A stretch of 64,000 nt of DNA from NCBI GenBank assembly GCA_001643675.2, contig LSRY02000035.1, positions 372,001-436,000 on the forward strand. The letters run 5' to 3'. The notes under the pieces are model-generated. The model was not told the origin of the DNA and ran no database searches. It was given only the letters and a program-made list of their open reading frames with translations. Every line of letters begins with the position of its first letter. The first letter of the stretch is position 1. Shown one piece after another: positions 13,628-25,890 of the stretch. The DNA comes from Monocercomonoides exilis PA203 (taxonomy: Eukaryota; Protista; Preaxostyla). Both the position numbers and the translations under genes were made by a program.

Positions 13628-14611
13628 AAACACTATCTGAAAACAACGCCATTATGTTTTTGCTATTTGACAAACATTTCACATTTATTCTGATGTAATT
13701 TTTAGTACCCTCATTTCACTTTATTTTTTTATTTCAACCAAATAATGATTATTTCATTCGTATATATTCCAAATTTTGTATATATCTCTCTTTTAATATT
13801 TAAATACGAAGCAAATTCCACATGACCATCTATGATATGCGACTTATTCATTAAGGATGTACAAATGAGAATTTAAAGATAAAACAGGAAATATCAATCG
13901 GTGTAAATATGTAACAATCAACGCAACCACAAACATTCAGCTTCAAGTCTTTTAAAACGGAAAAACGATCTGTGCATCAAGAAGCTGTGTTCAATATAAT
14001 AAAAAGAAAAAAAAAAAAACTAAAAATTAATTCACATTTTTATACTTTCTTTAAGGAAAGATGCAGTATAATACTACTGGATATCATCCTTAAGGTCAAA
14101 AACAAGGGCAAAACTTTTTGGGTTGAAATTAAAATTTAATAGAAAATTAAAATCATCTTTAAAAAAATATAACAAAATTAAAAATTATAATGTAATGTTA
14201 TGAAATATGTTAAAAATGAATGTTAAATGACAAATCTGATTAAGTTGTTCAAAATAAAACACAAAAAGCAAATTTTTTTAAAGTTGAAAGAAAAACAGAA
14301 ATAGTTCCAGTTAATAAAGATCAGCATATGCAAAAATGAAAAAAAATAAAATAATTCACATAAACAGCATTTTGTATCAACATACATCAAACAAGATAAG
14401 AAAATTAAGCAGAGCATAATTTATGTTTCTGCTTCGACAATTTTAAAATTTTTATTTATATTATGAAAGAATGAAAGAATGAAATAGAGAAGAAAAAGTA
14501 GAAGATATATAAAAAAAAACCACAAACAACAAAACAAATGCAGTTATCTCTCTCATTTTTTTTAAAATTCAAAATTAGAATTTGTTAAGAATTTTTAAAA
14601 CATTACAAAGA

Positions 14612-17600
14612 TTAAGAAGTTTGAACACTGCGCTTTTCGTCGAGTTGCGATACATGTAAAGGCGAATGAGATTTAGGTGAATGTGAAGAAGGTGACTGCG
14701 TAGGCAGAGGAGAACGAGATGTTGAAGAAGAAGAAGATGATGATGACGACTGCTCAATAGACGGAGCCACTGAAGTTATATCCACAGATGAAGGTTGCGG
14801 ATATGATGATGATGATGCCAATGATGATGACTGTGATGATGGATTTTGTGAAGATGAAGCAGAAGACGAATCCTGAGTGGAGTCTTGTGCAGAGATACAA
14901 GTAGAAATACCAGCATTTTGAGCAGGCTGAGCCACAGTCGAGTCACGAGATGCTGGAATGAATGAGGTAAATGCAGTCATTGGATCAATTGGCAGAGGAA
15001 GCGGGCAGGTGCCAAAAGACGGGGCTGCCAAAGACGAGCGAGCATTTGGCACCACAGGCAGCATCCGCTGCGGATCAAACAAGGGAAGTTGGTTGAGGTG
15101 GGGTAAATAAACATCCTTTGAAGCAGGAGGAGGCTGGTACGGGGAGGAAGGAGAAGACATGGCAGATGACACAGATATTTCCTGTGAAGAGGCAGGGGTG
15201 TCTTGTGAGTGTGGATCTGAAGAGGCGGTTGGGATTGCTGTGATGGGCGAAACAGGAGACGAGGAATATGTGGAGGATGGAGAAAGCGAGGAGGATGTCT
15301 GAGAGGACAAGTGTGTGTAGCTGCTGGAGTAGCATGATGATGATGCTGATGACGAAGATGACAAAGAAGATGACCAGCCTGATGAAGATGACAAAGAACG
15401 CGATGTGTTCTGCACAAAAGGATGTTCAAAGTCTGTCAAAAGACGCCCGCGCGGCGCAGCTGCCTTGAGGGACTCGTTGATCTGTGCAATGCTCACTTCC
15501 ATGTTGGAGGAGTCCAGATGAGACAAGTCTAACATCCGTGTACCACCAACCGGAGAAGCTGAATGCCGTCTTCTCCGATGCAGTTCCCTGCTGCTGCTTC
15601 CTTCTCCACTCTTGTTGTTGCCTTTGTAATGGTGGCTGCGATGATAATTGGCTGGCTGTTGAGCAGCAGTAGTATTTCTGCCTGTTTGTTTGTGAGTTCT
15701 TCTCGATTCGTTAAGTTCTTCGCTGCTGGATGAGGCGCTTGTCTGCGATGTCAGGTTGAACAGGCTGTATTCCTGTGTCTCCTGCATCTCTTGCAACATC
15801 CTCTGATGCACACTGTTGCGCAAATGGGTATGTGTTCTGTGCTTTTTGCTGTGTTGAGTGTCTCTTTGCGCTTTTCCAGTTGCACTTGCATTTGATTGTG
15901 AGTGAGAATGAGAATGCGAATGTTCATGCGAATGCGGTGAAGACTTTGGAGTAGCTGTCAGTTTGTATCCACGCGCAATCGGAGGCAGATGTGGCAGATG
16001 CGACAGGAATGCATCATTCTGTGCTGGTGTCAGTTCAGGCATCTGCTTCGAATCATCAATATCAACCACTTGTTCATCATCATATGCTTGCTCCATCTTG
16101 TTCTGTGTGTTAAATGCTCCTTCGCTTTCAAGTTTGTCTGTGCTTTGCAGTTTGCTTGTATTTGCTAACTCTTTGTTCTCATCAGCATCTTCTTTACGCC
16201 CATGTTTCATTCCAGTTGCTGCAATCTCACTGCACTCATCATCCATCGCTCCTCTTTCCTCTGCCTCTCCCTTTGCGCCATCCTTCACTGCATTCCCGTG
16301 TAACATTGCAAGTGCCGAGAATGCAGACACGGTGGACAGCTGCGATGCCACACTCGCAGTTTCTGTGGGAGGCGAGTCAATACGCTGCATTGGAGAGTCT
16401 GTCAGTGTTGAGGCCACACTGTGTAATGAGACAGAAGAAGCAGAAGAGACAGATCTGGCGCTGGCTGACAGAGGAGAGTCTACATAAATGTCCATTCCGT
16501 CGTTTTGATATGAGGCCCTGCGTCGATGCTGCTGCTGATGCTGTGGACAAGGAAGACGATATGCATTGCTGCTCTGCTGCAACTGTATGAAAAGAGCATC
16601 TTGTGCATTTTGTGTATTCTGTGCATTCTCAACTGTCGACAACCGATCATTCTGTGATTGTAAATTGAATGACATGTGTTTGTGATAGCTATGCCCATGT
16701 CCGTATTCACTCCCATGCACATGCACATGAGTGTGTCTGTGTTTGTGTCCATTCTCATTTTGATTGTGGTGATGCTTGTGATGATGAGTGTGATTATGAT
16801 GATGTTTGTGGTGATTGTGGGTATGGTGATTGGGCTGATAGTCAACCGTTTTAGGAATATCAAATTCTTCTGCCATTTGATTATCCGTGTTCTTTGCGTT
16901 GACTTCTTTCTCAGATATCCCCATTGCAACAGAGTTCTTCGATAATTCTTCATTCATTGTGTTTTTAAACATAGATTCGCTTGCCATTTTTGTCTTCTCC
17001 TTCTCCTTCTCCTTCTTCTTTTCAATCTCTTTTGCTCTGCTCTCAGACATCACGCTCCCTTCCTTCACAGCATCATTCAACAACAAAGTTTCCTCCTCCT
17101 TTTTCAGCAGCGAAACTTCAGCTCCATCTGAATGCACATCCTCCAGTGCAGCTCTTCTATGTATTGTCCGTCCTCTCTCCATCTTCTTCCTCCGCTTCTT
17201 CTCTTTCTGCCACTCTTCATTCACCTGCCCTTTTTGTGAGTCGCCTTGCTGATGATGCTTATGCTTGGCTCCTATCCAGTTGCAGTATGGATCAACCTGC
17301 CTGTCCCACTGCACTGAGGAGCTGCTGCTGCACTCACTCTCCTCTGAAGGCGTCGACTCAATCTGATTCTGCAAGTAGCCAACATCCTGAAACAGCGTCA
17401 GAAACATCAGTCCATCTTCTTGTTTCCCTTTCTTCTTCTTCTTCTTCTTGCTATCGTTACTGTCGTTGTTGTAATGATTTTCTGAGTTGTATTCTCCTCT
17501 TTTGAGGAGCCTGTGTCTAAACCGCTTTTCTGTCTTGCCCATCGACTTTGCTTTCCTCACATATGCCTTTTGCTCTCCACCAATCACATCAAACATTGTC

Positions 17601-20600
17601 TCCTCAGATGATTCATCGTTCCCTTCCTTCGGTGTGCTTCTCTGCACATCCTGCGTCTTCGACCTCTTCCCGATCTTAGCAAAAGACGGCGCACGGAACA
17701 GATCTTCTGCTTCGTGCACTTTCCTCTTGCTTGCACTGCTTCTGCTGTCATTCCCACTCTTTCTGGCTGTGTTGCTGTCGCTGCTTCCCATTGGAAGCGA
17801 CTGGAATGAGTCAGACGAGGATGACGACGAGAGAGGGGTTGCCTGGGAGAGCTGATAGGGAGATCTCTGCTCCGATGCCCCGCTCTTCCTCGATTTGCGT
17901 GTGCTGCTGTTGGCTGACAGAGTTGGAGTGGCTGTGGCAGATGCATGTGAGTTCGTCTTAGGCGAATGAGTTGATTGCTGCTGCTGCTGCTGTTGCTTCT
18001 GTGACAAGTGAAGAGAAGGTGTCTTTGTATCGTTGCTGTTGGCCTGCTGTGTGCTTTCTGGTGACATCACTTTGTTGATAGAGTCACAATTGATTGATTT
18101 CTGCTCTTCTTCTTCTCCTTTTCCTTCAACCAACCCTCTAAGCTCATTCCCTTCACCATCATCATTATCCTGTTCTTGTTGTTGTTGTTGTTGCTGCTGA
18201 TTCCCAAATTTACCCAACTGAATCTGCTCAATCTGCTGCTGTTCATTCAGACTCAGCGAGGCAGCACCCGCCAAGAAAGAGCCATCTGCCATAAATAGCA
18301 GGCCATCACCCACTTGATCTACAATGACTGACTCTGTTTCTGTGTAGCTGGCTGCATCAGACGCCAACCTCCCATCCAAAAAGGCGTCTTCATCGACATC
18401 TGCTGCTGATATTGCCGCTGCTGTTTGATCGCTATTGAGTGACGTTCCAATGATTCTTGTGCCAGCTTTGTATGGAGAACGAGTATTATGTGCATATGAA
18501 TGGAAAGATAGCACAGGTTGCTGCCTATCATGATCAGATTTCAAGGAGGAGAGGAATTCTGCTTCCACTTCATCTGCTTCTGAACGTGTTGCATTTGTTT
18601 GGTGGCTGCCAGCATGCAACGAAGGGCCATTGGTGTATTTAGACTGTGAATGGAGCATCAGAGAAGACAAGTTAGCAGATGGCATTAAGGAAGACAGATA
18701 TGAGGAGTTGGAGATGGATGAGGAAATTGAAGAAGAAGAAGAAGAAGAGGAGGAGGAAGAGGAAGAGGAAGAGGAAGAGGAGGAAGAAGAGGCAACAAGT
18801 AATGATGCTTCTGTTGCCGTAGACTCAGCATTCTGCAAAGCGGAAGTGGACAAGCACTGTGGGATATGATACCCCTTCACCATCCCCATCCCCTTTTCAT
18901 TCCTGTTCTCCCCCTCAGAAACACAGCTATCTGGTGTGGTTGTACACTCAGGACCATTCTCACTCGACAGAGGAACAGCTGTTGACGACAAGCACTTTCC
19001 CATCTTCGTTCCAATTCCATTCGCAGATGATGATGATGATGATGATGATTGAGGCATCAATGCTTCTTTCTCACCTGGAATAGAACAGCCGAAGGGGTCT
19101 GAAGGCTTCAGATATCCAGTGGGTGACACAGATGCTGAGGCAGGAGGTGAGTCGCTGTAGACAGAAGAAGACTTGGAAGAGTAGGAGAAAGCAGAAGAAT
19201 CAGATTGGTGGAATGAGTAGCGCATTGGGACAAGCTGTGAGTCGATGGAGTAGATAGACTCTGTTTCAGAGAAAGTGGATGAGGCTGGGTCGGGTTTGTT
19301 GTTTGCAGAAGAAGAGAGATCGTAGGAGAGATGAGACGCATGAGGAACATGAGAGAGATGAGGAAGGTTAGATTGGTTGGGAAGATGAGATTGATTGGAA
19401 GAAGAGGAATGAGAAGAAGAAGAAGATGATGATGAGGAGGAGGATGAGGAAGAATCTCCAGATGGACTGCAAGAAGAAGAAGAAGAAGAAGCAGGTTTAA
19501 GAGGAACAGGGGAGACAGATGATGAAGGGGAGACAGAAGAAGACGGAGAAGGAGAATAAGAATAAGGAGAAGGGTGCATTCGTGAGGAAGCACCTTTGGG
19601 GGACAAAGGATGAGTAGAAGGCTGAGGACGTGGGGGAAGGGACGAGTTGACTGAGCGGAATGAAGTAATGGTTGAGTTCAGTTCAATGGAAGATGTTTCA
19701 TCTGCTAATACTTCTGCTGCTGCTGAAGAAGAAGAAGAAGAAGAAGAAGATGATGATGATGAAGGAGAATGAGAAGAAGGAGAATGAGAGGAGGAAGAGG
19801 AAGAAGAAGAAATAGAAGAAGAAGCAGCAGTTGACATAGTCAACGGCAAAACACGAGCAGACTGCCTTGCTTTTATATTTCTTGATGCCTGATGCTCTCT
19901 TTCCTTTGTCAGTGCATCTTCAACCAGCTTCTTCATCCTCTCTTTCTCTGCTTCTGCATCTGTTTCACGCAAATTGCCTGACAAACGAGCCATTTTCATT
20001 GAATTTGTGTCTTCCAGGTTGTCTTCATATCCACTTTCTGATTTTGGTTTGTGAGAATACTGAGATTCAGCATCTTGTATGCTTTGCACTGAGTTTGTGA
20101 CATTATCATCGTTGCTCTCAGCAACACGATGATCTTTGCCTTCACCTCTTCCTTTTCTGTCTTCTTCATTTCTAACTCTATTTTCTTCACTTCCCTCACT
20201 TCCTTCACTGAAACTGCTACTGCTGCTGATACTACTGCTACTACTACTTCCAGAAAGAGACTCATTTTCATCCAGTTCAGCTTCAGATGACAACATAGAA
20301 CCATTTCCACTATTTGTGCTCTCTTCTTCTTCTTCTTCTTCTTCTTTTTCTCCTTCTCCTTTCGCTCCTTCTCTTCCTTTTACTTCCTCCGCAAACATCT
20401 TCTTATTCCCTCTTCTTATTCCTTTTCCTTTCTTCCTTATCTCTTTCCCCGTCTCCTTCCCCATCTCTTTCTCTTTCCCTTTCCCTCTTCTCTTCTCCTT
20501 CCTCCTCCCCATCAAATGCTCATTCCGCTCATCTATACTCCTCGTCTTATGTGGCGTCCCCCGATTCCCCTTCAGCCTCTTCCCCGAAGCCAATCTTGTT

Positions 20601-21201
20601 GATCCTCCAATGTCCCTCACGAAATCCAGTGCCACATCAGACACAGCAGAAGACGCACTCATTCTTCGAATGTCGCTGTCACCGATGAGGAGAGGGAGGG
20701 TGTGTGCAGTGCAGGAGGAGGAAAGAGAGTGAGGGGGAGAGAAGGAGAGAGAGGGGGAGAGAGGAGGAGAAGAGGTAGATGTTGGATGATCAGTCAGGGA
20801 AGACAAGGAACCGGAGGTGTGGAGGGAGTGTGTGGTTGAAGAGAGGGAGATTGAAGAAGAAGAAGAAGAAGATGTTGATGACGATGAAGAAGAAGGATAA
20901 GATGCAGAGCCAGTAGCAGACAACGCATCAGAAGCACTTGAGGATGGGAGAAGAGGAAGAAGCGAAGAGGAGCGGTTTTGCTGCTGATGAGGGCGAAGAG
21001 GAAGCAAAGAAAAGGGAATAGGAGGCATACGTGATTGATCTGAATGATAATGAGGATAAGAAGAAGGAGAAGGAGAAGGAGAAGAGGAAGAGGAAGAAGA
21101 GAGAGAAGATATTCCAGTGAAGCCAGGAGAGATGGAATAAGCAGACGAGGCATTGAGGGATAAGGATGTGTTTTGTGTGATTGGTGAAATAGAGGTGGAG
21201 G

Positions 21202-21232
<31 letters not shown>

Positions 21233-24200
21233 TAATGGTGAATATGACATAACAGAATTGACATTCTGTGTGGAGCGGGACATGTTATTCCTCTCCTCTG
21301 CTGCCCCATCCACCACAGCCGAAGCAACAGAAGCTGCAGAAGCTACAGCAGCAGCAGCTGCTGTTGTTGATTGGCTGATGGCGATGTTGGGAAAGAAGCT
21401 TGGGAGCGTGACAGCGGAGTCATTGGAGTAAAGAAGAGAGCGAGGGGAAGGTACATCCATAGAGAGAAAAGAGAGAGGAGGAGAAATGGCGCAGGAGCTG
21501 TCGAGGTCATACTCATCGATGCTTTCCTTCAGGGCTGCGAGTGAGTATTCTATGTTGTTGTTGATATTGCTATTGATATTGGCATTAGCATTGGTATTGT
21601 TGTTGTTACTGAGATAAGACTCGTCATTCATGTTGTTGCCAAAGCTGAAGTTGTAGTCATAGTTGAAGTTATAACCAGAGAAATTGTTGAAATTATCTTC
21701 ATTACTGCTTTTGCTATATGCTCCTTCCATTTTTCCTTCTCTTCTTTCTTCTCCTTCTCTTTCTCCTTCTTTCTCTTTTTCTCCTTCTCCTATTTCTTCT
21801 CCTTCTCTCCTCTTCTCCCCTCTCTTGCCAAACGCCTGCCTCTCCACAGACAAAGAGCGCATTTCATTCATCGCGTCTGCATATGAGCTGACCAGCTGTG
21901 AATACAACTGCCCATTCCCTGTCACACAAAATGCATCCCCTCCTCTCAAATTCGATTGTGAGTGACTTAAGCCACTATGCTTCGGACTTCGATATCCTCC
22001 CACACTCTTTCCTCTTCCTGTCCCTCTCCCTCTTCCTCTTTCTCTTTCTCTTCCATTTCCTCTTCTTGTTCCAATTCTTGTTCTTGTTCTTGTTCTTGCT
22101 ATTCTTTGTGATAAACTCCTTTCATCTGAATCAAATCCATAAGCCTTCCACTGTCTCTTGAAATTCTGAATTATCTCTTTTATCCTCTTCTCTGTTTCAG
22201 CTTCTTCTTCTGCTTCTGTTGTTTGCGATTGAGAAGATGAATGTGATGGTGAATGTGATTGAGATTGTGATTGCGATTGCGAATTAGATTGCTTTTGTGA
22301 CTGAAGAATCTGTCTTTGCACATTCAGATAGTCTTCCTTTGCTTTCATCAGCATTTCGCGTGATTGCCAGATGTATGGCATCTTGAAGAAGGTGCATAGG
22401 AACGAGGAGGATAAGGCAAATGCCGAGGAGGAGAAGGAAGAGGAAGAGGAAGAGGAAGATGATGATGAAGCAGTTGCATTGACCACATCATCAGAAGCAT
22501 CTGTAACAGATGAAACTGTATTCATTGAGTTAACTTTCTCTTTGCCATTCATTTTCTTCTTTTTCTCCTCAGAACTTCTGCTCATACTCCCTTTACTTGA
22601 ATCATCACTTGCTTCTTTCTCTCCAACAGGCTTTGATTTCCCTGCTGTTCCAGCTTTTTGTGTGTTAACTTTACTTTCATTGCCTTTTTTCTTTGAAGTA
22701 CTTTCATTTGCAGTTTCCTTTGTCTTGTTCTTGTTCTTATTGTTCTTCTTATTCTTTTTCGTCACATTCATTTTCTCATCTTTTTCTTTCTCCTTTTCAG
22801 CTTCTAACACATTTTCTGAATTGTTCTTCTTCTTTCCTCCATAACTCATATCATTGCCTTTATCTTCCTCTTTTCCTTCCTCCATATCTCTATCAATACC
22901 TCCTTCTCTATCATTTCCTTTCCTTCCTTCTCCTTCTCTTTCTCCTTCTCTTTCTCCTTTCCCTTCTCCTTTTCCCTTCCACAAGCAAACCGGCTTCAGC
23001 ACTCTATCCACATATGCCACAGGCACCTCCTCTTTGAACAGCATCAGATGGGCAGCAATACAGCGCTTGGCAACAATCACACTGAATGTGCTGCAGGAGA
23101 GGCGACGGCGCAATGAATGGTCCGAAGATAACTTCAGCACTGCTTGCTGGTTGGCTGGGGTGAGGAGAGAAGAAGAGGAAGAGGAAGAGGAGGAGGAGGA
23201 GGAAGAAGAAGAAAGAGATAAAGAAGGAGATAAAGAAGAGAAGAATTCAGAAGCAAGAAGACAATTGCGCTGTAAGGGAGGCAAAGTTGGCATAGACGAT
23301 GCTTCAGTTCCCTTGTAGAAGGGCAGCTTCATCCTTCTTCTTCTCAGTTCTTTTCTGTCAAATGCATATTTTTTGATGCTGCTGACATGATTGTGATTAT
23401 TGATGCTATTGTCATTTCCTTTCTTCTCTTCTCCTTTTCCTTCTCCTTCCTCTTCCTCCTCCTCTCCCTCTTCTTCTTCCTCTCCCTCTTCTTCCGCACT
23501 CTCATCATCAGCATCAGTATCCATGTAACACTCCAGCAGATTGCTTAGTCCACATATCTTGTTCAGACACCCAATGGAAAGAGGACAGTCCATCAGCTCA
23601 ATCAACATACGCTTCAGTTTCAGCGCATCTGGTGATAGCTCTTGCGGTTTGCTGTGCTTTTTGTGGGGATATATGAGAGAAGAGGAAGAAGAGGAAGAGG
23701 AAGAGGAAGAGAAGGAATGAGGTTGTGACAATAGTAATGATTGTTGTTGCTGTTGTTTCTGATCAAGAAGGGTATTTTGTGTTCTTGTTGATATCATCTT
23801 GTCTAATTCTCCTCTTTCTCTTCTTTCTCCTCTTTCTCTTTCTCCTTCCTCTTTTGAACTTATAGATAAACCTGTTCCTTCCATTGAAAAACCAAATTGT
23901 TGTGCAGATGCATCTTCTTGATTGTCATCTGTTTGTTCTATTGATCCTATCTGTGGTATCATAGACACATCCACAATTGCTCTTGAATTAGCTTCTCTTT
24001 CTCCTTCTTTTCTTTCTCCTCTTTCTCCTCTTTTTCCTTCTCCTTCTCCTTTCTCCATTAAAACTCCATCTTTATCAATAACCTTATCCTTCATAGCTTT
24101 ATTGCTTCCTCTATCTTCTTCACTGCCAATTCTTTGTTTTCCTTCACACCCACTTATTGTCATTGAATCTACATTCAAAATGCCTTCGTCACATATTCCA

Positions 24201-25859
24201 GTGGCTTTGCCATAACTTTCCCCTTGTTGGAGCAAACCTGAAGAAGAATCAGAGGTTGTGAGAGAATTGTTACAAGAATCATAAGAAATGTTATGATTAT
24301 TGGTATTATTATATGGATTGTTATTATTATTATTACCAGAATCAACAGAGTTATTTGATTCAACAGAATTATCTGAATAGCTCATATGTTTTGAATGAGC
24401 ATAGGTTGTGCTTTGTGTTTGGAGGGAGGAAGACAACAGTGTGGGTGCTGGAGAAAGCTCAGAGAAGGAGACGGTTGGAGTGTGTGAGGAAGAAGAAGAA
24501 GAAGATGATGATGACGACGACGAAGGAGAAGAGGAAGGTGAAGGAGAAGCAGTAGAAGAAGCAGAATTAGAAGAAGAAGAAGAAGAAGAAGAAGAAGAAA
24601 TAGAAGCAGAAGCAGAAGCTGAAGCTGAAGCCGAAGTTGAGCCTAAAGCAGAGGCAGAGGCAGAGATAGAGTGGAGATGGGGAGAAGAATAAGTCAAAGA
24701 GCCAGAAGAGAGCAAAGAGATAGAGGACGTTCTGGATGTTTGGCCAGAGGTGAGTGAAGGGGAATACACAGAAGATATGGATGAGGAAGAAGCTATTGAA
24801 GCAGAAGCAGAAGAGGAAGAGGAGGAAGAAGAGGAAGAAAAGGAGGAAGAGGAAGAAGAAAAAGGAAATGAAGAAGAGGAAGAAGGAGAAAGAGAAGGAG
24901 GAACGGAAGGAGAAGAAGCAGTAGAGAAAGCAGAGGAAGAGTAAACAGATTGAGAATGAGAATGAGAACGGGAATGGGCAGAAGGAGAGGAGGAAGAAGA
25001 GGAAGAAGGAGAAGGTGAAAGAGAAAGAGAAGAAGAAGAAGAAGAGGAGGAGGAGGAAGAAGAAGAAGATCCTATGCTGTTTGTAGAATGATGCAGTAGT
25101 TGCTTTTGAAGAAGTTGTTGTGATTGTGATTGTGATTGCAATTGCAATTGAGATTGAGAAAGAGGAAGAGAAGAAGAAAAAGAAAGTGAATGAGAATGAG
25201 AAGGGAGAGGAGGAAGAAGAAACTGTTGAGTCGGCTGAAGAGGAAGAAGAAGAGAAGAATTAATTGGGAATGGAGCACAATTAGAAGACATATTCATGGG
25301 GAGGGCAGAAGATGAGGTTGCAACCGAAGAATTTGGGTTTGTAATGCTTGCGATGTTGCTATTGCCAGCAATTGAAGAAGAAGAAGAAGAAGAAGAAGAA
25401 GAAATGACAGAAGAAGAAGGAGCAATGGAAGAAGAAGCAGAGGTGGAAGGAACATTTGTATTGGACGCTGAGAGAGAAGGAGAAGGAGAAGAAGAAGAAG
25501 AAGAAGAAGTTGGCGAAGAGGAAGAAGCTAACGATGACAATGAAATAGAAGAGGAAGAAGAAGAAGAAGATGATGATGAATCAATAGTATTAGCAGTGTT
25601 GAGAGTGTTAAGAGAGGTAGCAGAGTAGATGGAGGCAGAGGTGGGTGTGCTGGCAGAAGAGGAAGAGGCTGAGGCAGTGGCAGAGATGGTTGGAGATGGA
25701 AGATCAATTGAAGAAGAAGAAGAAGAAGAAGATGATGATGATGAGGAGGAGGAGGAAGAAGAGGAGGAGGAAAAAGGAAGAATATCAGAAATCTGTAATT
25801 GTTGTTGTGATTGTGGTTGGAGAAGAAGATGAGGATGAGGATGAGGAATGGAATGAGGA

Positions 25860-25890
<31 letters not shown>

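Noticed and set aside
13628-14611. Possible ncRNA in the convergent intergenic regions (also 35991-37361)
   Set aside because: No tRNA, snRNA or snoRNA structure could be supported by eye. An Infernal scan would be needed.
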